Counted from the stretch's first letter, positions 27,550 to 36,787 are shown. The stretch is DNA of 64,000 nucleotides from an uncultured delta proteobacterium (GCA_963711835.1 CAVQFQ010000021.1:224001-288000), one strand, 5' to 3'. Notes: generated by a model from the sequence alone, not told the origin. Numbers and translations: made by a program.

Positions 27550-27873
27550 TCAGGAAAAGATTTTTCTCGGGAGAGTTTTTATCTCCAATATTTCTGTTGT
27601 TTTCAATTTCCCCAACTTTCTCAATATAAACCGTTTTTCTATGGTGGCTTGTTTGCTCAACCTTATAGTCGAGGCAGCAAGTAATCCACCTTTTTCCCAA
27701 TTAGATATTTTATAATCCGTTTCGGAGCTATAGTCCTGAGTCGTTACCCTGGCAACAAGAACGTCCTGATCCCCTGAATCATATAAAACGAACGCCGGTC
27801 TTCTGGTTATTCCTTCCAAATCCGAATGAGGGAATCCGATAAAAACGATATCTCCAAAATCATAGGTCATCAT
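27550..27873 (-). CDS. PemK/MazF family toxin
   Basis: GDIVFIGFPHSD...RRPAFVL...VARVTT...GGLLAASTIR. Confidence 0.88.
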   Translation of the reverse strand: MMTYDFGDIVFIGFPHSDLEGITRRPAFVLYDSGDQDVLVARVTTQDYSSETDYKISNWEKGGLLAASTIRLSKQATIEKRFILRKLGKLKTTEILEIKTLPRKIFS

Positions 27874-28063
27874 AGATGGCGTCCTTTTCGGTATACCCCC
27901 TTAAAAACTCGGACATCACAAAATTATTCCAATCTGATTCTTCATCTCCGATTAAAAGCGTTACTTTCACTTTGGTCTTTTGACGTAATTTTTCTTTTAG
28001 CTTTTCCGGGACAGAAAGATGCCCATCGGCTAAAACTTCGGCCACATATTCATAAGTTTCCAT
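27860..28063 (-). CDS. Putative antitoxin of the PemK module
   Basis: Overlaps the toxin start; acidic tail FLRGYTEKDAIYDDL; GGAGG RBS. Confidence 0.75.
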   Translation of the reverse strand: METYEYVAEVLADGHLSVPEKLKEKLRQKTKVKVTLLIGDEESDWNNFVMSEFLRGYTEKDAIYDDL

Positions 28064-28236
28064 TTTAACCTCCATTCTCGCCATTGGCATGTCGAGATGG
28101 CAAATTGATCGGGACGTTTTTTTATTTTATTCCTGTCATTCACTCCTGTCAACCCGCGGTTCCCGACTATCCGGCCGGTGGCAGGATCGGCGTCCCTGTC
28201 TGGCCTCGATCCCGATTTAGATATAGCTACCTCCCC

Positions 28237-28566
28237 AGTTAAATGACCCCCGGCAAAGCCGGGGGCTTATCTTTGTTAGCCCCCCAAGGGGGCCGTTTCA
28301 TGAGTCCCATGAAGGGGACATACTTCATATTCAGACTTGGGAAGGTGGAGACGCCCATCTTTCTTTGTTTGTTCAGGAGTATATTTCTTAACGATTTTTA
28401 TTCCTGACCAATGGGCATTTCCAGAATATTTAAACTCTTAAAAGATTTTTGGTTTAATCTCCGAGTGCAAAATTCAGCGATTTATATTGGTGGTTTTTAC
28501 TATTCTATTGCCTCACACGGTCAAACCTTTCGGAGTCCCCCGGCAAAGCCGGGGGTTTACCTGTTA
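28237..28566 (-). mobile_element. Internally deleted IS200/IS605-family remnant
   Basis: Identical subterminal hairpins cccccggc-aaa-gccggggg at 28247-28265 and 28537-28555; degenerate Y1 TnpA tail IGQE*KIVKKYTPEQTKKD. Confidence 0.72.
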
Positions 28567-28570
28567 GAAA

Positions 28571-28705
28571 TTATGGAAGTCGTTGGCAAAGGCGCATAGG
28601 GATGATCCGCTGCGTAGGCTGTCCGCTGGCATCAAGCTCCCAGTGACGTGCTGGGTATTCGTAGGGGGAGTTTAGGATCGGCTTTTCGAAGACACGGTTT
28701 TCCAT
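28571..28705 (-). pseudogene. N-terminal fragment of a type III restriction Res-like helicase (BPTD_3080-like)
   Basis: MENRVFEKPILNSPYEYPARHWELDASGQPTQRII, ending next to the IS200 remnant. Confidence 0.7.
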
Positions 28706-28761
28706 TTTTATGTTCTCACCGATAGTCTATTTTATTAATTGCCTTGGCAAAAACCTATAAT

Positions 28762-28941
28762 GGGACCCGTTGGTGCAGGAGTTGCTTCTTTCAGCTACCA
28801 TTTCCGGCCTCAACAAAAACTCCAGGTCCCTGAATCATTTCCTGCCATATTTAGCCCGGGGCTCCCTGGCCAGAAAGCCGATTTTCTTTCTGGGCTGCTC
28901 CGGCGGCGTCATAAGCTGCCGGATGGCCTCAAAGACCACCC
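28762..28941 (-). repeat. 180-bp direct repeat copy 1 (ORF6N-gene 3' end plus downstream DNA)
   Basis: Collinear with 29714-29893; encodes VVFEAIRQLMTPPEQPRKKIGF...YGRK*. Confidence 0.85.
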
Positions 28942-29043
28942 TCAAAACAGTATTCAGGAGTCAGGAGCCAGAAGAGGATTGAAACTCCTTTTTTACTTCC
29001 CCTTCACAATTGCAATATCAAATCCGCCGGGCAAACCGGAACG

Positions 29044-29400
29044 CTATGCATTTTCGGACCGCAATCGCGCCCTGATCTCTGAGAGCTTCTGTTTAAAGGC
29101 CGGTATATCCCTAATGAGTATTTCCCAGATCATTTCGACATCAATATCAAAGTAATCATGGACAATCCGGTGTCTCAAACCGATGATTTTGTGCCACTGA
29201 ATTGCAATATGATGATCTCGAAATTCTTTCGGCAATTGATTGGCTGCTTCCCCCAGGATCTCAAAATTTCGCACCACCGAATCAATCGTTTTCTCGTCCT
29301 GAATAAACCTCTCCCGATCAAAACCGGCAGTATAACGTTCAACTTTTTCGACCGCCTCCCAAAGGTCTTCGATTAACAGATCAACCGATCTATGTGACAT
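29044..29400 (-). CDS. HEPN/DUF86 ribonuclease toxin (HepT-like)
   Basis: DSVVRNFEILGEAA; GLRHRIVHDYF (Rx4H). Confidence 0.9.
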   Translation of the reverse strand: MSHRSVDLLIEDLWEAVEKVERYTAGFDRERFIQDEKTIDSVVRNFEILGEAANQLPKEFRDHHIAIQWHKIIGLRHRIVHDYFDIDVEMIWEILIRDIPAFKQKLSEIRARLRSENA

Positions 29401-29683
29401 CGATCAAATCCTCCTGGATAATGGTCCAATACCTTGCCTTGATAGCGCGACTGGAAACGACATCCGTCGGTACTCCCAGGGCAGTCTCAATTTCTTCGGC
29501 CAAGTCCACAAATCGGAGTCCAATGGCCGGATCCACCTCCACAAGAATATCCACATCGCTGTCTTTCGCATAATCCCCCCGGGCATATGAGCCAAAGAGC
29601 GCCAGCCGGGAAATGCCAAAACGGTTGGTCAAGTCAGGTTTATGCTCCTGTAGAATTTTTAGAATTTCTTCCCTGGTTTTCAT
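29390..29683 (-). CDS. Minimal nucleotidyltransferase antitoxin (MntA-like)
   Basis: LFGSYARGD...SDVDILVE (GSx10DxD). Confidence 0.9.
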   Translation of the reverse strand: MKTREEILKILQEHKPDLTNRFGISRLALFGSYARGDYAKDSDVDILVEVDPAIGLRFVDLAEEIETALGVPTDVVSSRAIKARYWTIIQEDLIDVT

Positions 29684-29713
29684 AAATAGATCTCCTCATT
29701 AAAGGATTTAGTG

Positions 29714-29893
29714 GGGACCCGTTGGTGCAGAGATTGCTCCTTTTAGCTAACATTACCGACACCAAAAAAAACTCCAGGTCCTTGAATCATTTCCTGCCGT
29801 ATCTGGCCCTGGGCTCTCCGGCCAGAAAGCCTATTTTCTTTCTAGGCCTTTCCAGGGGCTTCATGAGCTGCCGGATGGCCTCAAAGACCACCC
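29714..29893 (-). repeat. 180-bp direct repeat copy 2
   Basis: Collinear with 28762-28941. Confidence 0.85.
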
Positions 29894-30120
29894 GGAACTG
29901 CTCATCATATTTCTCTTCAAGGGCGGCCAGCTTACGGGCCAGATCCTTGTGGGCAGGCAACCGTTGCCCTTAATCTAACAAAAACCCGCATGATCTGGAT
30001 ATTTACCTCAATCGCCCGGTCGCTATTCAGAATCCCGGAAAGCATGGCAACCCCCTGCTCGGTGAAGGCAAGAACATTTGGAGCATGCTTTATTTTTGAA
30101 CATATCACAATTTGTGATAT
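29787..30120 (-). pseudogene. ORF6N-domain protein, 5'-truncated and frameshifted
   Basis: SQIVI...[34 protein letters not shown], frameshift, then [30 protein letters not shown]. Confidence 0.8.
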
Positions 30121-30392
30121 GTTCCGGAATCTCTTCCCAGGGGCGTGGTCCCGGTTGGCCTGGTAGTAAAGGACAAGGCCGGACGCCTGGAGTATAAGCT
30201 TCAGGATGCCGAAAATAAAAAGACCCTGCTCTTCAAGTAGAAGGCAGGGTCTATAAGTTTCATTCATCCTCCGGGTTTAAGGTTAGATGATAAAAGAAAG
30301 GTAAATTTAATAGGATAGGCTTCAAATAGCATGTATTAAGAACGTTGTCAATTTATGGAAACAGGACCTTATTCTGCCCCGGTTAAATGAAT

Positions 30393-30581
30393 TTAACATT
30401 GAGGACGGCCCTCTCCTCTGACCTCGGTGATTTCCACCAGGGCCTGGTTAAGGGCTTCCTCCAGGGTAAGGAAGTCCGGCTCCCCGGTTTCAGGGGCAAG
30501 AAGCGGGAAGAGGGTCAGGTTTTTATGGGACTGGGGGTGGGCGACCTTGACCAGGTCGAGAAAGGTTTTGATGGTTTCCAT
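30393..30581 (-). pseudogene. N-terminal fragment resembling the DUF6569/ARPP-1 family
   Basis: HKNLTLFPLL...FLTLEEAL...VEITEV then an early stop; GAGGAGG RBS. Confidence 0.55.
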
Positions 30582-30802
30582 GGGTTATTCCTCCTCATTT
30601 TTCGATTTTAAGGAGGAGCCTAACACCCGGCATTGTCAGATCAGGACAAATGGAGGATTATTTTTTTTGCGTGTAATACCAGTTCGGATCCAGGTACCTT
30701 CCCAGCTTCTCCTTGAGTTCTGAGGGAAACTCTTCAACCTTCTCAGTCAATAAGGTGTTCGTTTCCTCGTCTGTCAAGGGGACCTTGTCGAGAAACTTGG
30801 GC

Positions 30803-30883
30803 TTGACTATAGAATTTAAAGTGGTTAGATTATTACTTAAAAATCCCCCCATCTCAGTGAGAAATAGAGATGCTGGGGGTTTT
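30803..30883 (+). promoter_or_regulatory. sigma70-type promoter followed by a 5'UTR stem-loop
   Basis: TTGACT-17-TAGATT (30803-30831); aaaatccccccatctc...gagatgctgggggtttt. Confidence 0.6.
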
Positions 30884-30898
30884 CCGTTGGAGGGAAAG

Positions 30899-31117
30899 AT
30901 GCCAATATATGAATATCGCTGTCAGGACTGTGACCAGATCTTCGAAAAGATTATCTGGAATACCGATAAGGAGACTGTTTGTTGTCCAAGTTGTAAAGGA
31001 GATAAGGTCCTGCGGCTTCTCTCGGCTTTTTCTTCGGGCAGTCCTCGGGGAGGCCAGGGAGTTTCCCTTCCTTCTACCTGCGGACCTTCGTCGTCAGGAT
31101 TTTCGTGAGCCTCTTAA
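30899..31117 (+). CDS. FmdB-family zinc-ribbon protein, candidate C-terminal selenocysteine (ends at 31108 if UGA is a stop)
   Basis: MPIYEYRCQDC...CPSC...LSAF; tail CGPSSSGFS-TGA-AS-TAA with a downstream hairpin. Confidence 0.85.
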
Positions 31118-31154
31118 TTGGAAATGAGAACCGTGGGTTCTTAAGGAAGGAATA

Positions 31155-31304
31155 ATGAAAACCATTTTCTGGCTGTTCATCATCGTAGCGGTCTGGTTTG
31201 CTTTGAATCGCTGGGTCTTTCCGAAATTCGGAATTCAGAGCTGACTCTCCCCCACCTCCTGCCAGGTTCCCGGGCAGGAAAAAGACAAGGGCAAGAAACT
31301 ATAA
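31155..31304 (+). CDS. Small membrane protein with in-frame UGA, candidate selenoprotein (absent from the ORF track)
   Basis: AAGGAAGGA RBS; MKTIFWLFIIVAVWFALNRWVFPKFGIQS-TGA-LSPTSCQVPGQEKDKGKKL*; hairpin 31257-31279. Confidence 0.62.
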
Positions 31305-31901
31305 CTCCTCGGAACTTGTTCGAAACCCGTTCGGTTCAGAGCGAACATTATAGCGGTTCATGGCGGCCGAGAGCCCTTCTTCAATAATCGCTTCTATGGC
31401 TTGGGAAGCTTTTTCGGTTATCCGGGGAAGTTCTTTTTTTTCAGTTTCGGAAAAAGGTTCTAAGACATAGCCTTCGGAAGACAGGCCCTGAGGCGGCCGG
31501 CCGATTCCCAAGCGGACTCGGATAAAGGCTTCCTCCTGGAGGTGTTCCATGATGGAGAGGATACCCTTGTGGCCGGCAGCGCCTCCTTTGGAGACAATAC
31601 GCAGACGAGCCCAGGGTAGATCCAGATCATCCTGAACGACAATCAACCGGTCCGGCAGCAGTTTATAAAATTGGAGCCATTGTTTTAGGGCCAGACCGCT
31701 CCGGTTCATATAAGTACGGGGTTTTACGAGAAGGACCTTTTCCCGGCCTATTTGCCCCGTTCCAGACCGGCTTTCGAATTTCTTCTTTTCAAGGGAAATA
31801 CGATGGCGTTGGGCCAGGGTTTTCAGCGTCTGGAAGCCCAGGTTGTGGCGGGTAAACTGGTATTCTGGTCCGGGGTTTCCTAAACCGGCGATCACATACA
31901 A
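31299..31901 (-). CDS. pth: Peptidyl-tRNA hydrolase
   Basis: AGLGNPG, TRHNLGF, KPRTYMNRSG, DDLDL, GHKG, RVRLGIGRP. Confidence 0.96.
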   Translation of the reverse strand: MYVIAGLGNPGPEYQFTRHNLGFQTLKTLAQRHRISLEKKKFESRSGTGQIGREKVLLVKPRTYMNRSGLALKQWLQFYKLLPDRLIVVQDDLDLPWARLRIVSKGGAAGHKGILSIMEHLQEEAFIRVRLGIGRPPQGLSSEGYVLEPFSETEKKELPRITEKASQAIEAIIEEGLSAAMNRYNVRSEPNGFRTSSEEL

Positions 31902-31907
31902 GAAGGG

Positions 31908-32567
31908 TTAGCCTTCCTCTTCCGTCTTGGGCTTGCCCTTTTTCGCGACGACCTCCACTTCCCCTTCGGCAGGGGCTTCTGCGACCTCGGGCTTTTCCTC
32001 CATCATGGCATGGGCCACCGTCACTAAGGTCAACTGCGGCTCGGAAAGGATGCGGATTCCGTCCGGGACCCGAAGGTCCCTGACATGAAGGGAATCGCCG
32101 ATCTCCAGGGAGCTGACATCGACGTCGATGTAAGCCGGGATGCTGGTCGGCAAACAGCGAATTTCCAGTTCCCGGGAGATTTCCTGGACGATCCCCCCTT
32201 TTTCCAAGGCCGGGGATTTGCCTATAATTCGGAGCCCCACGGTGACATCGATCTCTTTGGTCAGGGAAACCTCAAGAAAATCGGCATGGAAATAAGCCCG
32301 GGTAACGGGATGCTTTTGCAGTTCTTTCAACATGGCCGTCTTGACGTTTTCCCGGTTATCCCCCTTTATGGTCAGTTGATAAAGGACATTTTCACTGGCC
32401 TGCTTTTTTAATATCTTCTCCAGGTTCAGCTTAGGGACATAAATCGGAATGGGCGCGCTCTCCGGACCATAAAAAATCGCCGGGATTTTCTCGGACCTCC
32501 TCAAATAACGGGCCCCTCCCTTCCCAAAGCGGTCTCTAATAAACACTTCTAAAGCAACTTGTTCCAT
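31908..32567 (-). CDS. rplY: 50S ribosomal protein L25/Ctc
   Basis: GKGGARYLRR, IPAIFYG, HADF, LEIGDSLHVRDL; synteny with prs and pth. Confidence 0.95.
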   Translation of the reverse strand: MEQVALEVFIRDRFGKGGARYLRRSEKIPAIFYGPESAPIPIYVPKLNLEKILKKQASENVLYQLTIKGDNRENVKTAMLKELQKHPVTRAYFHADFLEVSLTKEIDVTVGLRIIGKSPALEKGGIVQEISRELEIRCLPTSIPAYIDVDVSSLEIGDSLHVRDLRVPDGIRILSEPQLTLVTVAHAMMEEKPEVAEAPAEGEVEVVAKKGKPKTEEEG

Positions 32568-32587
32568 GGGTACTTCCTTTCCTTGGT

Positions 32588-33529
32588 TTATACAAATAGC
32601 GAACTCACCGATTCTTCCTGGTGAATTCGTCTGATGGCCTCGCCGAAGAGGGGGGCTACCGAAAGCACTTTAATCTTGGGGCTGGCCTTGGCCGGATCGG
32701 TTAAGGGAATGGTATCGGTGACCACAAGCTGGTCCATGGGGGAATTCATGATTCTTTCCAGGGCCGGCCCGGAAAGCACGGGATGGGTGGCACAGGCATA
32801 AATCCTTTTGGCACCGTGTTCGGCCAGGGCCACCGAGGCCTTGGCCAAGGTCCCGGCGGTGTCCACCATATCATCCAAAATGATGACGTTGCTCCCTTCC
32901 ACCTTCCCGACAATATTCATCACTTCCGATGAATTGGGGCGGTCCCTTCTCTTATCAATGATGGCAATCTGGGCATTAAGCCTCTTGGCAAAGGCCCGGG
33001 CCCTCTCCACACCGCCCACATCCGGAGAAACAATCACCAGGTCGTTTTGGAAATGATCCTTAATATAGTTTAACAGAACCGGAGCCGCAAATAGATGATC
33101 TACCGGGATATTAAAAAAACCCTGGATTTGGGCGGCATGGAGGTCCATGGTCAAAACCCGTTTCGCCCCACCGGCCGTAATCAGATCGGCCACCAGCTTG
33201 GCGCTGATCGGAACCCGAGGGGCTACCTTGCGATCCTGGCGGGCATAGCCGTAATAAGGGATAACCGCCGTCATCCTCCTGGCCGAGGCCCTTCGCAGGG
33301 CATCCATGATAATCAGGAGTTCCATCAGGTTATCATTCACCGGGGAACAGGTGGACTGCATGACGAACACGTCCTTGCCGCGAACATTCTCCCCGATCTC
33401 GACAAAGATCTCTCCATCACTAAACCTTCTAACCTGGATGCTTCCTAAGGGGAGACTGAGATAATCGCAGATATTTTTCGCCAAATCCCGATTCGAATTC
33501 CCGGTAAAAAATTTCAACTGGTCGTCCAT
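32588..33529 (-). CDS. prs: Ribose-phosphate pyrophosphokinase
   Basis: [49 protein letters not shown]. Confidence 0.97.
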   Translation of the reverse strand: MDDQLKFFTGNSNRDLAKNICDYLSLPLGSIQVRRFSDGEIFVEIGENVRGKDVFVMQSTCSPVNDNLMELLIIMDALRRASARRMTAVIPYYGYARQDRKVAPRVPISAKLVADLITAGGAKRVLTMDLHAAQIQGFFNIPVDHLFAAPVLLNYIKDHFQNDLVIVSPDVGGVERARAFAKRLNAQIAIIDKRRDRPNSSEVMNIVGKVEGSNVIILDDMVDTAGTLAKASVALAEHGAKRIYACATHPVLSGPALERIMNSPMDQLVVTDTIPLTDPAKASPKIKVLSVAPLFGEAIRRIHQEESVSSLFV

Positions 33530-33647
33530 ATTCGATTTAAACGCCCTCGAGCTTAGGTCTTACTTTTCAAGGCCTTTCTTTAAATTTTCCCCACTAATTC
33601 CCTGGTAACTCTCATTTCTTTAAGGCGGATCCGGACTTGGGTTATAT

Positions 33648-33724
33648 TGGCTGGGGTGGGAGGATTCGAACCTCCGAATGCGGGTTCCAAAGACCCGTGT
33701 CTTAAGCCGCTTGACGACACCCCA
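33648..33724 (-). tRNA. tRNA-Gln(TTG)
   Basis: Cloverleaf with anticodon arm CGGGT-CT TTG GA-ACCCG, GGTTCGAATCC and encoded CCA; usual position between ispE and prs. Confidence 0.95.
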
Positions 33725-33736
33725 ATCTAACGTTCA

Positions 33737-34598
33737 TTAAAACCCGCGGGCTAAAAAAACCTGGCCCCAGCCTCTGTTGTTCAAAGCCCGGAAGGCCTTC
33801 CGGGCTTCTGCCTCATCCTCCCAGATCCCGAACAGGGTCGAGCCGCTGCCGCTCATCAGGGCTTGCCGGCAACCCTGCCGGAGTAAGGCCTTTTTTATTT
33901 CTTTCAGTATAGGGAAGGCCGGCAGGACGAATTTTTCCAAATCATTCCGGAATCGCCCGGCCTCTGGAATTTTCTCTTTTCCATTTAAACGGTTTACATT
34001 AGTTAATTTTTTAATCTTTGTCAATGGGATTTTTACCTGACTATAGGCCCAGGCTGTAGAGACCGGGAAACCCGGATAGACCAGTACATACCACCATTTT
34101 GGAAAATCGGTCCAGGGTTCCAGAATTTCCCCCCGGCCCTGCCCCAGGGCCGTTTTTTTCAGTAAAAAAAATGGGATATCGGAACCTAAGCGGGTGCCTA
34201 TCTCCATCAACCGAGTTTGTCGAGATTCTGTTTCCCAACAGATCGTTGACCTTTAACAGGATGGCGGCCGCATCACTGCTGCCTCCGCCCAATCCCGCCC
34301 CGAGAGGGATTTTCTTTTTTAACTCGACTTCAAGAGGCAAAGGCCGGTCCAGCTCTTTTTCCAGGAGCCTGAGGGCCTTAGTCATCAGATTAGCCTCTCC
34401 TGCCAGTTCCGGGTATTCAGGACACCGGACAAAGGGACCTTTAGGGTTTTTTCGAAGAATTAGGGTGTCAAAAAGCCTGATCCTTTGCATCAGGGTTTGG
34501 ATTTCGTGATAGCCATCCTCCCGTTTTGCGATTAGGGTCAGGATCAAATTGACCTTGGCCGGGGCCAGGAGTTTTATCCCTTTTTCTGGAATATCCAT
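33737..34598 (-). pseudogene. ispE: 4-diphosphocytidyl-2-C-methyl-D-erythritol kinase, split by a +1 frameshift near 34215-34222
   Basis: APAKVNL and KKIPLGAGLGGGSSDAAA in one frame; LGSDIPFF, NDLE and LMSGSGST in another. Confidence 0.88.
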
Positions 34599-34650
34599 TA
34601 GGTATCGGTGGTTTTGACACCGCTCTGGGGTTATTTCTTAGAAGGCCCAT

Positions 34651-34684
34651 AAAAAAAGGGGACGCAGCCCTTCGTCCCCTTTTT
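34651..34684 (-). terminator. Intrinsic terminator after the Do protease gene
   Basis: aaaaaggggacg-N8-cgtccccttttt. Confidence 0.8.
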
Positions 34685-34700
34685 GGAACTGTCCGGGTCG

Positions 34701-36161
34701 TTATTCACCCAGGCGAAGGCTGGCAAAGAGACTGGTCCCTCCCCGTTTAAGCCGGAAAAGAACGGTGCCTCCTTTTTTGATATTGGTCATGATCCCTTGG
34801 AAGGTCTTGATATCTTTGACCGGTTTTCGATTCACCTCTTTAATCAGATCACCGGTCTGGATGCCGGCATCATCGGCCGGGCTGCCGTCTTTGACCTGCA
34901 TAACCAGGAGACCGGGTTCAAAGTCCACCCCATAACGGCGGGCCAGTTCCGGAGTGAATTCATTTAAGGATAACCCCAGTCCCTCCTTCATCTGGGAAGG
35001 TCCTGAAGCCGTCTGTTTTTCCTCCATTTCCTGGATTTGAACCTTGAAAACCTGAGGGCCCCCGTTTCGTAAGACCTTGACCTCAACGACTTTTCCGAGC
35101 GGGACGGCCGCCACCAGTCGAGGCAGCTCGCTCATTTCTTTAATGGCCTTGCCGTTAAATTCAATAATGATGTCTCCGGGTTTGATGCCGGCCTTCTCGG
35201 CCGGGCTGCCGCTGGTCACATCCCCAACCAGGGCGCCGGATTCATCTTTGAGATCAAAGGCCTTAGCCAACTCAGGGGTCACTTTCTGGATCATCACCCC
35301 CAGCCAGCCCCGGGTGACCTTTCCCTTCTCCTTGAGTTGCGAGATCAATTCCTTGGCCGTATTAATGGGAATGGCAAAACCGATTCCCTGCCCTCCGGCA
35401 AAGATGGCGGTATTGATACCAACCACTTCCCCCTTCAAATTGATCAGAGGACCGCCGCTGTTCCCGGGGTTGATGGAGGCATCGGTTTGAATAAAATTAT
35501 CGTACGGTCCGGCTCCGATCACCCGCCCCTTGGCGCTGACGATTCCTGCGGTGACCGTATTTTCCAGACCGAAGGGGTTACCGATGGCCACCACCCAATC
35601 GCCGACTCGGAGTTCATCGGAATTCCCCAGTTTTATAAGGTGCAGTCCCTTCCAGGACTTGATTTTGATCAGGGCCAGATCGGTTTTGGCATCCCGCCCG
35701 ACAACCTTGGCCTCCAGTTCCTGGTGGTCCTTCAGAATAACCTTGATCTCGTCGGCATCTTCAACCACATGATTATTGGTTAAAATATAGCCTTCCCCAT
35801 CCAGAATGAACCCGGAACCCAAACTTTTTTGTTTGTACTCCCTCTGGGGGGTGTCCCCGAAAAACCTTTCAAAAAATTCATCCATGGGGTTTTTTCGTTC
35901 CCGGGGTCCCATGAAATAATCGAAGACCCGGCCCCCTCCTTTGACCCGTTTCACCGTGCTGATATTCACCACGGCCGGTGAAACCTGCTGGGCCAATTCG
36001 GCAAAGGAAGGGACGCCTCCTATAATCGGGACATCACCCCGGGCCGATATGGGATTGGTCCAGTTCAAATTGGCGGCAATAATCAGCCCGGCAATGACGG
36101 ACAAAAAGGAAACCCCGACCAGGGTCCATAAATAACGACGTTTTTTCATTGGTTCTGCCAT
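34701..36161 (-). CDS. degP: Do/DegP/DegQ serine protease with two PDZ domains
   Basis: LGSGFI, TNNHVV, IQTDASINPGNSGGPL, RGWLGV. Confidence 0.9.
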   Translation of the reverse strand: MAEPMKKRRYLWTLVGVSFLSVIAGLIIAANLNWTNPISARGDVPIIGGVPSFAELAQQVSPAVVNISTVKRVKGGGRVFDYFMGPRERKNPMDEFFERFFGDTPQREYKQKSLGSGFILDGEGYILTNNHVVEDADEIKVILKDHQELEAKVVGRDAKTDLALIKIKSWKGLHLIKLGNSDELRVGDWVVAIGNPFGLENTVTAGIVSAKGRVIGAGPYDNFIQTDASINPGNSGGPLINLKGEVVGINTAIFAGGQGIGFAIPINTAKELISQLKEKGKVTRGWLGVMIQKVTPELAKAFDLKDESGALVGDVTSGSPAEKAGIKPGDIIIEFNGKAIKEMSELPRLVAAVPLGKVVEVKVLRNGGPQVFKVQIQEMEEKQTASGPSQMKEGLGLSLNEFTPELARRYGVDFEPGLLVMQVKDGSPADDAGIQTGDLIKEVNRKPVKDIKTFQGIMTNIKKGGTVLFRLKRGGTSLFASLRLGE

Positions 36162-36196
36162 AATGGTGGCCTCCTCAATCTTGAATAAAATGGTGA

Positions 36197-36592
36197 TTAT
36201 GATGCCCTAATAAAGGCCATTCTCAGGTCATAGAGCATATGTTCCAAGAGTCTTTTTTCTTCCTCGGCCAGATTTCCCTGGGTTTTTTCCATCAGCATGG
36301 CCAGGGTATCGATGGCATGTTTGGCCAGACTCAAATCCTTCTGTTTCTCTCCCGAGATCGGGTGGGGGATTTCGCCCAGATGAAAAAGGACTTCCGTGCT
36401 TAACGAAACCACAAAAGTGGAAAAGTTGACCTCCGGTAAAGGAGGCTGGGGAGGGATTTTTGCTTCAGCCGCGGTTTCCTTAACGGCTTCTTCCGGACCA
36501 TTATTTTTAGGGGATTCCGCTTCTTTTTCGGACTCGGAAGAAAGTTTTCGGCGATCCTTAAACACGAAGCCTTTTTCTTCTGTTTCGGGCAT
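36197..36592 (-). CDS. DUF1844 family protein
   Basis: LPEVNFSTFVVSL, AKHAIDTLAMLMEKTQGNL, LYDLRM. Confidence 0.85.
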   Translation of the reverse strand: MPETEEKGFVFKDRRKLSSESEKEAESPKNNGPEEAVKETAAEAKIPPQPPLPEVNFSTFVVSLSTEVLFHLGEIPHPISGEKQKDLSLAKHAIDTLAMLMEKTQGNLAEEEKRLLEHMLYDLRMAFIRAS

Positions 36593-36744
36593 GGGTTAAT
36601 GGCCTCCTTACCAGATCTTTTTTTGTTTTTTCCTGGAGTTATCTTTTGGTGACAATAATAATGATAAAATCGGAAAAAATCAATACCTCCTCACCTGAAG
36701 GCCGGGCACCGAATACGGCCTTTTAGCTTAAATCTTCTTGTGTA

Positions 36745-36774
36745 TTGACACCTTAGGATAAATTAGGTTAAAAT
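36745..36774 (+). promoter_or_regulatory. sigma70-type promoter reading into the repeat element
   Basis: TTGACA-18-TAAAAT, 13 nt before the element at 36788. Confidence 0.5.
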
Positions 36775-36787
36775 TTTTTATTTAAAA

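Noticed and set aside
27473-28120. Short aacgtccc/gggacgtt inverted motifs around the PemK module
   Set aside because: Only 8-9 bp, with a similar word inside the gene; not distinguishable from chance.
29932-30267. 111-aa ORF as a real gene
   Set aside because: Chimera of unrecognised sequence and the ORF6N pseudogene.
24032-30581. Integron cassette array
   Set aside because: Modules lie in mixed orientations, and no attC-like sites or intI were seen.
30658-30852. 64-aa minus-strand ORF
   Set aside because: Runs through the FmdB promoter and has no recognisable motif; at most a gene remnant.
31257-31279. Hairpin as the pth terminator
   Set aside because: No U-tract follows it on either strand, so a SECIS role fits better, although unproven.
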